Of a stretch of DNA of 32,000 nt, positions 1 through 8,595 are shown one piece after another (the stretch's first letter is position 1; every line of letters starts with the position of its first letter). The stretch covers positions 27,580 through 59,579 of the forward strand of contig JAJRVL010000009.1 of the NCBI GenBank assembly GCA_024277355.1, given 5' to 3'. This stretch comes from an archaeon. Lineage in GTDB: Archaea; Iainarchaeota; Iainarchaeia; Iainarchaeales; 1-14-0-10-31-34. A program made the translations under genes and the position numbers. A model generated the notes under the pieces. The model was not told the DNA's origin. It worked only from the letters and a program-made list of their open reading frames with translations, and did not search any database.

Positions 1-14
1 TCCAATTCATTTTT

Positions 15-728
15 ATGCCTTTAACTGCAAATAAACCTAAAAAACCTTTAATTCATTATTTGGATTTATTTTCAGGAAATTCAGCCAGACTTAAAAGAAT
101 GGCTAAAACCCATAAATGGAAAAATAAAAGATTAAGAGGAATTGAACTCCAAAAACCAAGCAATCTGAAGAAACCAAAAAATTTGAAAGAAGGGAGAAGA
201 ACTTTAGTTTTAGGAAAAAACCTCAAAATTCATTTTAATGAAGTATTAAAAGAATTAAAAAAATATAAAACTCAATCAGTCCAGGAAGTTAATTCAGATT
301 ATCTTTTTGGCGGAATTAAATCTGATTATTCAAAAAAAGGAGGATTAGATTATAGTTATGACTCTGAAGCAAACTTATCTGATAAAATTCACAAAGTTTC
401 TTCAATTCTTAATCAAGTAAAAAGAATTCTTGTTAAAGGAGGACAGCTTTCTTTATCTGATTATGCTATTAACAAAAAATTTTTAGTTGAAATAGCTGAA
501 AGCCATGGCTTTAAGCTTGAAAGAAATCATCCAATTACTAAAAAAAAACAAGCTAAATCAAGAGACTTAAGAAAAAGTTTTAATGAAATGAAGTTAAATA
601 ATCTTGCAAGAAAAAATGTTGAAAATAATCCAATCTTTAAAGGAAAGACTGAAATATTTACTAAGTTTTTAGACAATGAAAAAATAAGAAGACATCCAGT
701 AAGATTAATTTTTAGAAAAGTTGCATAA
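15..728 (+). CDS. hypothetical Lys/Asn-rich protein (237 aa); may start upstream of the window
   Basis: Long ORF. The frame is still open from position 3, so the ATG at 15 may be internal. Only weak methyltransferase-like segments (YLDLFSG, VKGGQLSLSDY), not enough for a functional call. Confidence 0.4.
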   Translation: MPLTANKPKKPLIHYLDLFSGNSARLKRMAKTHKWKNKRLRGIELQKPSNLKKPKNLKEGRRTLVLGKNLKIHFNEVLKELKKYKTQSVQEVNSDYLFGGIKSDYSKKGGLDYSYDSEANLSDKIHKVSSILNQVKRILVKGGQLSLSDYAINKKFLVEIAESHGFKLERNHPITKKKQAKSRDLRKSFNEMKLNNLARKNVENNPIFKGKTEIFTKFLDNEKIRRHPVRLIFRKVA

Positions 729-767
729 AATCTACTGATGTCTAAACTTAAAACAAAAATCTAATTT

Positions 768-775
768 AAAAAAAA
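768..775 (-). terminator. oligo-T tract (T8 on minus strand) ending the rRNA operon 3' trailer
   Basis: A8 on the + strand, about 85 nt beyond the 23S 3' helix. Archaeal RNA polymerase terminates at oligo-T. Confidence 0.4.
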
Positions 776-857
776 TAAGATAGTTGATACAAGATATGAC
801 AGCGCTATCGAAGATAGTGCGTCGTACCCAACAGCCGAAACTGTTGTTGGCATGAAA

Positions 858-3800
858 CCCAAATTAAAGAGTTTGAACTCAAGTTTTTAGTAGCAGTCAA
901 CTTAATATGTCGCCGTAGCTTCATACTTACATTTCTGCCCTATCAATCCAGTGTTCTACTGGTACTCTTGTCCTTATTCCTTATATTCCGCAGAATACAA
1001 GTAGTCAGGAATGATTGACTCTTTTTAGGGACCGCTTCAAGCTTAGATGCTTTCAGCTTTTATCGGTTCCGGCGTGGCTACCCAGCAACTGCCTTGTCAG
1101 ACAACTGGTACACTAGAGGCCAGGACTCCACGTTCCTCTCGTACTTATGGAATCTTCCCCTCAGTCAATCGACATGTCCGATAGATAGGATCCAAACTGG
1201 CTCGCACCGTTCTTAACCCAACTAACGTAAGGCTTTAATGAGTTAACACCTCCACCCTTGGCAGCTTATGCACTGCCAGGATGCCTTGAGACGACGGCGA
1301 GGTCGCAAACCGCGGGGTCGATATGAGCTCTTGCCCGCGACCACTCAATTACCCCCAAGATAAGTTCACTGTTAGACTAGGCCCCCATTAAAAGGGACAC
1401 TAGCGTTCGCTAGACACATCTTTCGATTCGGCTTTACTTGCTGTGCGTAAAACCGTCAAGCATGCTTTTGGTCTTGTCCTCTAAGGAGAATTTCTGACTC
1501 TCCTGAGCATACCTTTGGACACCCCTGATATCTTTTCAGGGGTGTACCGCCCCAGTCCAACTACCCGTCTAAAGCTGTCCTCTTTCGAGTGAGCAATATG
1601 CTTTTTTAAGGATGGTGTTCCATTGTTGTCTCCACAATTCCTGACGAAACTGCTTCGAAGACTACCATCTACACTGGACGTAAAAAACCATATTACAACA
1701 TCAGATTGTAGTAAACCTCTGTGGGGTCTTCTCTTCCCATCGGACATTCGAGGTATATTCACCTCGCAATGAGTTCATTGGGCCCAAATTAGGGACAGTG
1801 GGAATCTCGTTACTTCATTGGTGCAAGCCGGCATTAAACCGGCAAGGTATTACGCTACCGTGAGAGCCTCAGAGTTAGGCCCGCTCTTCACCAGAGCTTA
1901 GCTCCATTGAACTGAAGTTTAACTTACTGGCAGTGAGCAGAAGTCAGCCTCTATACACACCATTGCTGGCTTGCAGAGACCTGTGTTTTTGTTAAACAGT
2001 CGGACTCCCTTTGTCATTGAAACCTGCAATTTACTTAATCGCAGGCACCCCTTATACCGAAGATACAGGGCTATTTTGCCGAATTCCCTTAATTTGGTTT
2101 CCCCAAGACGCCTAGGCCTTTTCAGCCAGGGGCACTTTTCCTAGTTCTTGGTACGGTTACATAAAATCCATTCTGATTTCCTTTTTATGAAACCCAGGCC
2201 TCAATTGAAAATTGCTTCTATTCCTGAATTTAATCTGCTTCTCATCATTACAATTCTCCACAGATTTATTTCAGTTAAATGCACAGACAAGTGCATTCAA
2301 TCTAGCCCAAGCTGTTAGAAATCAGACTATCGTTGCCGTGAGTATTTATGTAGTACAGGAATATGAACCTGTTTCCCTTTCGTCCACGTCGTGTTACGAG
2401 TGGCCTTAGGACCGACTAACCCTTAGCTAATGATTAGCGCTAAGGAACCCTTGCCCTTTCGGCGGAAAGAATTCTCATCTTTCTATTGTTATTACTAGCG
2501 CGAGGATCCATATTCGCGACAGATCCACAAGAAATTTCTCTCTTGCTTCTGCTCTATCGTGACACCTCCCTACTCCATTTGTTTTCTATTGAAAACAAGG
2601 CTATGGTATCGGCAGCTGGTTTTAGCCCAGTGAATTTTCAAGACCTTTATTCTAGGTAGGTGAGCTGTTACGCACTCTTTAAAGGATGGCTGCTTCTAAG
2701 CAAACCTCCCTACTGTATTAGAACAAAGATACTTTTCGTGTTTACACTTAACCAGCATTTTTGGGCCTTAACCACAGTTTAGGTTGTTCCCTTCTTGGAA
2801 CAAGGGCTTACCCCTTGCCCCCTACTCTAACCTTCTACGACGATTATAGATTTGGAGTTTAACGAAAAAGCTGGAAGTTTCCGACCAGTACTTTCTAATT
2901 AGTATCTCGACACCATAATCTATCTCCAGTTAGGCTAGCCTTAGGGCTAATTCGAGAGGAGCCCGCTATGGCCATGTTCGATTGGCATTTAACTCCTACT
3001 CCCAGGTCACCAAAGTAGATAGACTAACACTTGTTGCGGACCTCCACCATTTTGTAAAACGGCTTCATCCTGCCCAGGAGTAACTCACATGGCTTCGGGT
3101 CTTACCGTTGTGACTAAAGCAGTTTAATACTTTCAGCCTGATTCTAAAAGAACTGCGCTGACTCGCTTTCGCTGCGGTTTCAAAGTGAAAACTTCTTAAC
3201 CTTGCCACAAAGGCAACCTCCCCCGCTCGTGATTCAAGACGAACGATATGACACTGATCAAATTCTTTCGTAATTATTTCTCAATAACTTCCTTCAAGAA
3301 TTCTCTTTTCTTTAATGCCATATCTTGCTATAACCAGTTAGTTTCAAGCGCTTTTAACTCCCTGTTAAGGGTACTTTTCAACTTTCCCTCGCGGTACTAG
3401 TATGCTATCGGACTTGAGTAGTATTTAGTGTTAGGAGTTAATGTCTCCCGTATTCACGCGCAAAAACCAATGCACGCTACTCTTAACACGAAAAATTATC
3501 CTTTTGAATTTTTTGTTTACAAGGCTTTCACTCTCTTTGGCGCTGCTTTCCAGCAGACTTCAACTAAATTTAAAGGATATAAATCGCTCTACACCACATC
3601 TCCCTTAAATTACTTTAAGGGATTCAGTTTGCTCTCTTCTGTCTTCGGTCGACCCTAATAACAGAATCATATTCATTTTCTTTTCCTTCAGGTACTAAGA
3701 TGCTTCAATTCCCTGAGTTGCCCTTCCTTTCGGAATAATTCAGAAATCCCTGGCTCAAAGATTGCATTGCATCTCACCAAGGCTTATCGCAGCTTGCCAC

Positions 3801-3866
3801 GTCCTTCATCAGCTCTCAAGCCTAGTTATCCACTAACTGGCGTAATGAACTCTTTAATTTGATAGG
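858..3866 (-). rRNA. 23S ribosomal RNA (about 3.0 kb, ends +-15 nt)
   Basis: The minus strand reads GCTGAAAGCATCTAAGC (1041-1057) and GGACGTGGCAAGCTGCGATAAGCC (3781-3804). Ends were set from the helix-1 pairing of 3848-3861 (AACTCTTTAATTTG) with 860-873 (CAAATTAAAGAGTT). The region is much more GC-rich than the flanks. Confidence 0.9.
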
Positions 3867-3885
3867 TTTGCCAATGCATCAACCG

Positions 3886-3917
3886 TAAACGTTTCGCCGT
3901 TTAAGCACGATGCACGA
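3886..3917 (-). repeat. 32-nt perfect direct repeat, copy A, in the spacer immediately 5' of 23S (transcript sense)
   Basis: TAAACGTTTCGCCGTTTAAGCACGATGCACGA (+ strand) is identical to 4283-4314. Part of it (3901-3915) can pair with the 23S trailer 817-831. Confidence 0.85.
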
Positions 3918-4208
3918 TTTCGCTTGCGCTCAATCCTGCTGCCTTAACAGCAAAAGTTTCTAACGATTGCTTCCCAAAGGAAAAAAACTTCCCAGGTGCA
4001 TTCATCTGTTGTGAAAATAATAAATTGATGAATATAATTTTTGTGATAATTTTTTTTTATGCTTAATACTTTTATTTTATTTTTTTAAATTTTTTTCTTG
4101 TTTATTTTCCAAACTATTTTTTTTATTTTTTGATACAACTTTTTCTAAAAGTTGTTTTTGATCAAACTTTTTTTTGTTTTTGATAAACCTTTTTTCTAAA
4201 AAGGTTTA

Positions 4209-4282
4209 TGGACTCAACGGGATTCGAACCCGTGGCCTCCTCGTTGCAAACGAGGCGCTCTACCAAGCTGAGCTATGAGCCC
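4209..4282 (-). tRNA. tRNA-Ala (anticodon UGC), in the 16S-23S spacer
   Basis: Minus strand: GGGCTCA TA GCTC AGCTTGGTA GAGC G CCTCG TTTGCAA CGAGG ... CACGGGTTCGAATCCCGTT GAGTCC A. Cloverleaf with a 7-bp acceptor stem, a TTCGAAT T-loop and TGC in the anticodon loop. No encoded CCA. Confidence 0.92.
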
Positions 4283-4314
4283 TAAACGTTTCGCCGTTTA
4301 AGCACGATGCACGA
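4283..4314 (-). repeat. 32-nt perfect direct repeat, copy B, abutting the 5' end of tRNA-Ala
   Basis: Identical to 3886-3917. The two copies diverge immediately outside the 32 nt. Confidence 0.85.
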
Positions 4315-4524
4315 CTTTCAGTCGAGCTTGCTCCGCAACAGCTGTCGCGCTCAGCTGGCATGCGTGCAATATCTTTGCTTTTGCTCGATATAGCATCATT
4401 CAGCTTAAATCTTGAGTAAATAATTGCATTAGAGCTTGAAATACAACTTTTATAAAAAAGTTATATGTTTTAAAACTTAGGTCCAATACTTTCCGAAAAA
4501 AATATTGAACCTAAGTTCTTTTTG

Positions 4525-6012
4525 AAGGAGGTGATCCGTCCGCAGGTTCCCCTACGGACACCTTGTTACAACTTAGCCCGCTTTACAGAACCTAGAATAA
4601 CTTCAACCAATAAGTTGAAGTTAATCCAGACTCCATTTAGCTGGCTTGATGGGCGGTGTGTGCAAGGCGCAGGGACTTATTCACCGGAAGATAATGACTT
4701 CCGATTACTGGGGATTCCAGCTTCATGAGGCCAAGTTACAGACCTCAATCCGAACTGAGGTTAAGTTTAAGAGATTGCCTTGCCCTTTCGGGTTCGGAGC
4801 CCATTGTCTTAACCATTGTATGCCGCGTGTTGCCCAGGAGATTCGGGCCATACTGATCTACCGTTGCCCACTCCTTCCTCAAAGTTACCTTCGCAGTCTT
4901 TATAGAGTGCTCCCATTAAAAACGAAATAGCAACTATAAATGTGGGTCTCGCCCGTTGCCTGAGTTGACAGGACGCTTCATAGTACGAGCTGACGATGAC
5001 CATACAACACCTCTCAGCGCGTCAGGAAAGCCCTTCAGACTGTCCATCATTCTGCTGTCGCCCCTGGTAAATTATCTGGCGTTGTATCCAATTAAACCGC
5101 AGCATCCACCCCTTGTAGTGCGCCCCCGCCAATTCCATTAAGTTTCAGCCTTGCGACCGTACTTCCCAGGCGGCAGACTTAACGGCTTCCCTTCGGCACC
5201 CCGACAATCCGTGATTGCTAGGACACCTAGTCTGCATCGTTTACGGCTGGGACTAACCGGGTATCTAATCCGGGTCGATCCCCCAGCTTTCGTCTCTCAC
5301 CGTCAGGTCCGTTCTAGTCAAACGCTTTCGCTACTGGTGGTCCTCCTAAGATCATAACATTTCACCGCTACCTCAGGAATTCCTTTGACTTCTTCCGGCC
5401 TCGAGTCTAAGAGTATTTTTAGCACGCCTACAAGTTGAGCTTGCAGATTTCACCAAAAACTTTTTAGACAGGCTACAGACGCTTTAGGCCCAATATTAGT
5501 GGACACAACTTATGGAGTACGTATTACCGCGGCGGCTGGCACGTATCTTGCCCTCCATTTATTCGCATAACTTTTTGCATTATACAAAAGCAAGCAAAGC
5601 TTGCACTTGAAATCCCCCTATCACGCTTTCGCGCATTGTAGAGAATTCGCAACTGCTGCACCCCGTAGGGCTAGGGACCTTATCTCAGTTCCCTTCTCCG
5701 GGCTCCCTCTCTCAAGGCCCGTATGGATCTTAGGCTTGGTGAGCAGTTACCTCGCCAACAACCTAATCCACCGCAGTCCCGTCTTCAAGCAAACTACAAG
5801 CATGAATGCAGTTCGTTTGAGCAACAAAACCTTCCAGTATTTGTTGCCTATAGAGCATTAGTCCCAGTTTCCCGGGGTTTACTCTTCTTAAAGGTAGGTT
5901 GACTACGTGTTACTGAGCCGTTCGCCACAGTTCATCATAACTTGAACTGTTAGACTTGCATGTTTGAGTCGGATTTCAATAGCAGTGTCCGCCAGCAGGA
6001 TCAGCTGGTATC
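4525..6012 (-). rRNA. 16S ribosomal RNA (about 1488 nt)
   Basis: The minus strand starts GATACCAGCTGATCCTGCTGGCGG (6012 downward). It contains GTGCCAGCCGCCGCGGTAATAC (5521-5542) and ends AAGTTGTAACAAGGTGTCCGTAGGGGAACCTGCGGACGGATCACCTCCTT (to 4525). Confidence 0.95.
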
Positions 6013-6423
6013 ATTTTTTTATATCCTAATATTTTCTGGTCGCATTGATTGAGTTATTATGGAATTGTTTGTAACGCTATTGTTACAAGGAAGTATGATG
6101 TTACATCATACAATAATACAACTTTTTTTAAAATTGTACTTCAATTAACTCTTGCAATTATTTACGCATCAGATTCAAAAAAACTTGAATCCTCATTTTT
6201 TGTCCACCACGGTGGACACTTAAGTCTGTTGCATGAATTTCATTGGATTCAAAAGAATCCTCGTTACGCGCAAAAAGGAGGCGATAAAAAAGTTAAACTG
6301 CAAAAAAATCAATCAGAAATCTAAAGTGATTTTCCTGCCTATATATAAGTGTCAGATGATATTTATAAAGCTTTCTGCATCTTTTCTTTTATGTTTTTTT
6401 TACTTTAATTATTGGTGTATAAA

Positions 6424-7353
6424 ATGAATTTAAATGCATTGCTTTCTTTATCAAGACCATTAGAATGGAGCAAAACTTTTGGGAATATGGTTTTTGCTTA
6501 TTTGATTGCTTTATTTTTATTTGATGGTTTTGTTTCTTTTTTAAATTTTGATTTAGGGTTATTTTTACTTGCATTTTTTTCTGCTGGTCCTTTGTTGTGG
6601 GGAGGCTTGTATGCTTTAAATGATTTTACTGACGCAGAAAATGATAAACTTCATTCAGTAAAAAAATTCAGGTCAATTCCTTCAGGTAAAGTTTCAAGAA
6701 AACAAGCTTTAATTTTTTCTTTAATTTTAATTTTATTTTCTTTTTTAATTGGCTTTTATTTCTTTTTTGTTTTAGGAAATTTTTTGTTTTTGTTTTGTTT
6801 AATCGGCATGTTAGTTAATCAAATTTTATATACAATTAATCCTTTTCATTTTAAATCAAAACCAGTATTGGATTTAATTTCAGGTTCATTGGTTAATCCT
6901 TTTTTTCGTTTTTATTCAGGCTGGATTTTAGTTTTTAGTTCTTTTAATGCCCCAATTTTAATTTTGTTTTTTATTGTTGGATTACAGTTTGCTGCTTTTT
7001 CTTTGTATAGATTAAATGCAAAAGAATTAGAAAAAAAACTTTCTTTTAATTCTTCTATTGTTGTTTTTGGAGAAAAAAAAGTTGTCTGGTTTTCTTATTT
7101 TATTGGAATAATTGCTGTTTTATCTTTTGTGTTAATGACTTTAACTAACAGATTTTTTCCTGAATTAATTTTTTTGGGGACTTTGCCGACTAAATTTTTA
7201 TGGTTAGTTGTAATAAGCATTTTTTTTATGCCGTTGTATTTGCAGGCTTTATTGTTTCCTAAAAAAATGAATATAAAAAAAATGTATTTGTTAATGTATT
7301 TTCATTACATTTTTTTTGTTGCAGGATTTATTTTTTTGTTTTTTATTAATTAA
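6424..7353 (+). CDS. UbiA-family integral-membrane prenyltransferase (divergent paralog)
   Basis: Polytopic hydrophobic protein with a first Asp-rich motif NDFTDAENDKLH (NDxxDxxxD). The second motif is degenerate (KELEKK...VVFGEKK). The track start at 6412 is TTG; the ATG at 6424 (MNLNALLSL) is preferred. Confidence 0.75.
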   Translation: MNLNALLSLSRPLEWSKTFGNMVFAYLIALFLFDGFVSFLNFDLGLFLLAFFSAGPLLWGGLYALNDFTDAENDKLHSVKKFRSIPSGKVSRKQALIFSLILILFSFLIGFYFFFVLGNFLFLFCLIGMLVNQILYTINPFHFKSKPVLDLISGSLVNPFFRFYSGWILVFSSFNAPILILFFIVGLQFAAFSLYRLNAKELEKKLSFNSSIVVFGEKKVVWFSYFIGIIAVLSFVLMTLTNRFFPELIFLGTLPTKFLWLVVISIFFMPLYLQALLFPKKMNIKKMYLLMYFHYIFFVAGFIFLFFIN

Positions 7354-7393
7354 ACTAAAAAATAAAAGAAAAAGGGAAATAAAAATTAACTAT

Positions 7394-7525
7394 TTAAGTG
7401 GTTAATCTTTTCTTTCTATATCTTTTTTTTCTTTGTTCTCTTCGCATCTTCTTTTTTTTCCATTTCCATCTTTCTCTGGCTTTGGTTTTTTTGAATCTGC
7501 TTGAATCTTTGCTTCTTGTACCCAT
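7394..7525 (-). CDS. 43-aa highly basic protein, candidate ribosomal protein eL41-like (below the ORF-track cutoff)
   Basis: Hand translation: MGTRSKDSSRFKKTKARERWKWKKKKMRREQRKKRYRKKRLTT. AGGTGA lies 4 nt upstream of the ATG and is complementary to the 16S 3' tail. The core KWKKKKMRRxxRKKR resembles eukaryotic eL41 ([17 protein letters not shown]), but it is low-complexity, so the call is tentative. Confidence 0.5.
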   Translation of the reverse strand: MGTRSKDSSRFKKTKARERWKWKKKKMRREQRKKRYRKKRLTT

Positions 7526-7771
7526 TAATTCACCTGTATTAAAACGAAATAAAATCTAGTTTTAAAGTAGAATAAAACTTGACTGTAAAAGTCTTTAAAT
7601 AGTTTTGCATGGAATTCTTCCAAAAACTTTAATATTTAAATAGTAAAAGACCATTATTTTATTATGAACAATTCAATTGTTTTGTCTGAAAAGATTCCTG
7701 TTATTTATTCAATCATCAGACTAAACTATTGGTTTATGTTCAAGCAATTTCACTGACTGATTTGTGCTTTA

Positions 7772-7803
7772 TTTTTTTTTATTTTTTTTTTTTTTTTTTT
7801 TTT
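7772..7803. repeat. T9-A-T22 homopolymer tract bracketed by an 8-bp inverted repeat
   Basis: T9 at 7772-7780, A at 7781, T22 at 7782-7803. It is flanked by CTGACTGA (7753-7760) and TCAGTCAG (7811-7818), plus TGC/GCA (7765-7767 / 7804-7806). Confidence 0.8.
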
Positions 7804-8017
7804 GCATTGGTCAGTCAGACTATTTTTGAATTTAAATAATTAATAAAGCATTTTAATTGGAAGTGAAGTATATGAAGGAAAAAAAATGCAATGTAAATAT
7901 GCTTCAATCTGCAAAGATAAAAATTTAACGGTTTATTTATGTAATAATCAGTCTGAAGCATTAAAATACTGTACAACTTATGTAGAAATAAAAGGTTATA
8001 GGAAAATTAAATGAATT

Positions 8018-8545
8018 TTATTTTAATTTAATTTTTTTTGAAGTAATTTTTGGAGCTTTTGGTCGCCATAACCGAGTTCTTCTGTGCGTTAAAAAATAGT
8101 TTGGAGGCTTTTTGTTTTTTAAATAATATAATGAAGCAACCTGAATGTTTTTTACATTAACTCCTCTGTTTAGTAAAGTTTTTTTTGCTAATTCAATTGT
8201 TTTTCCTGAACTAATGCTATTATCTATAATTAAAACTCTTTGGTTTTTAAGAGAACTATTATTGCTTTTAATTACTTTAGGTTTTTGAAATAATTTAAGT
8301 ACTTCAATTACTGCTTTAGGAGTTTTTCCTTGTTTTTTTTTCTTTGAAATTGGCCTGTTAATTGTAATGCTTTCAACTTTAATTCCTAATTCTTTTGAAA
8401 TAACTTCTGCAATAAATTTTCCTTTGCTTTCAATAGCTAAAATTAAATCAGGCTTAAATTTACTTTTCTTAATTTTTTCTGCTAAAGCTTTAGCATATTC
8501 TTTTTTTTTCTCCCAGTTTTCTGGCATAACATAAATTAAACCCAA
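8018..8545 (-). CDS. phosphoribosyltransferase-fold protein (type I PRTase, COG2236-like)
   Basis: PRPP-binding signature VLIIDNSISSGKTI (hydrophobic run, acidic residue, then S/G-K-T). The N-terminal layout PDLILAIESKGKFIAEVISKELGI is typical of small purine PRTases. It carries a Lys-rich insertion (PISKKKKQGKTPKA...). Confidence 0.65.
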   Translation of the reverse strand: MGLIYVMPENWEKKKEYAKALAEKIKKSKFKPDLILAIESKGKFIAEVISKELGIKVESITINRPISKKKKQGKTPKAVIEVLKLFQKPKVIKSNNSSLKNQRVLIIDNSISSGKTIELAKKTLLNRGVNVKNIQVASLYYLKNKKPPNYFLTHRRTRLWRPKAPKITSKKIKLK

Positions 8546-8595
8546 AGTCTTATTTTAGGTTAATGGTTTTAAAAAGCAGTATACTGTCTTTTAAT

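Noticed and set aside
780-857. Possible 5S rRNA downstream of 23S (also considered for 28337-28436)
   Set aside because: Neither region shows 5S hallmarks (no CCGAAC or GAAGTTAAGC-like segments, no terminal helix I), and 780-857 is too short. It is better explained as the 23S trailer and processing helix.
3240-3330. AT-rich stretches inside 23S (about 2160-2330 and 3240-3330) as possible introns or homing-endonuclease insertions
   Set aside because: The total 23S length (about 3.0 kb) is normal for archaea, no ORF is present, and the stretches are short enough to be variable expansion helices.
1481-5861. ORF-track entries inside the rRNA operon: 1481-1762, 2212-2409, 3428-3658, 4522-4728, 4646-4930, 4809-5003, 4956-5141, 5151-5357, 5601-5861
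   Set aside because: All lie within 23S, 16S or the spacer. They are chance ORFs in GC-richer structural RNA with no SD or coding signal.
6049-6574. ORFs 6049-6324 (+), 6233-6427 (+) and 6389-6574 (-) between the 16S and the UbiA gene
   Set aside because: They overlap each other and the expected rRNA leader and promoter region, which contains hairpins such as GTCCACC-AC-GGTGGAC at about 6202-6217 and TATA-like boxes at about 6339-6370. Their sequence is low-complexity and two have TTG starts, so they are most likely non-coding.
7540-7860. Replication origin, or a C/D-box sRNA, in the AT-rich gap containing the T22 tract
   Set aside because: There is no orc1/cdc6 gene and no repeated ORB-like elements. 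A TGATGA on the minus strand (7717-7722) lacks a properly placed CTGA D box and terminal stem.
7886-8014. 42-aa Cys-containing ORF (MQCKYASICKDKNLTVYLCNNQSEALKYCTTYVEIKGYRKIK)
   Set aside because: It has only a weak purine-rich upstream stretch and no recognisable motif. It is squeezed 3 nt from the convergent PRTase stop. There is not enough evidence to call it a gene.
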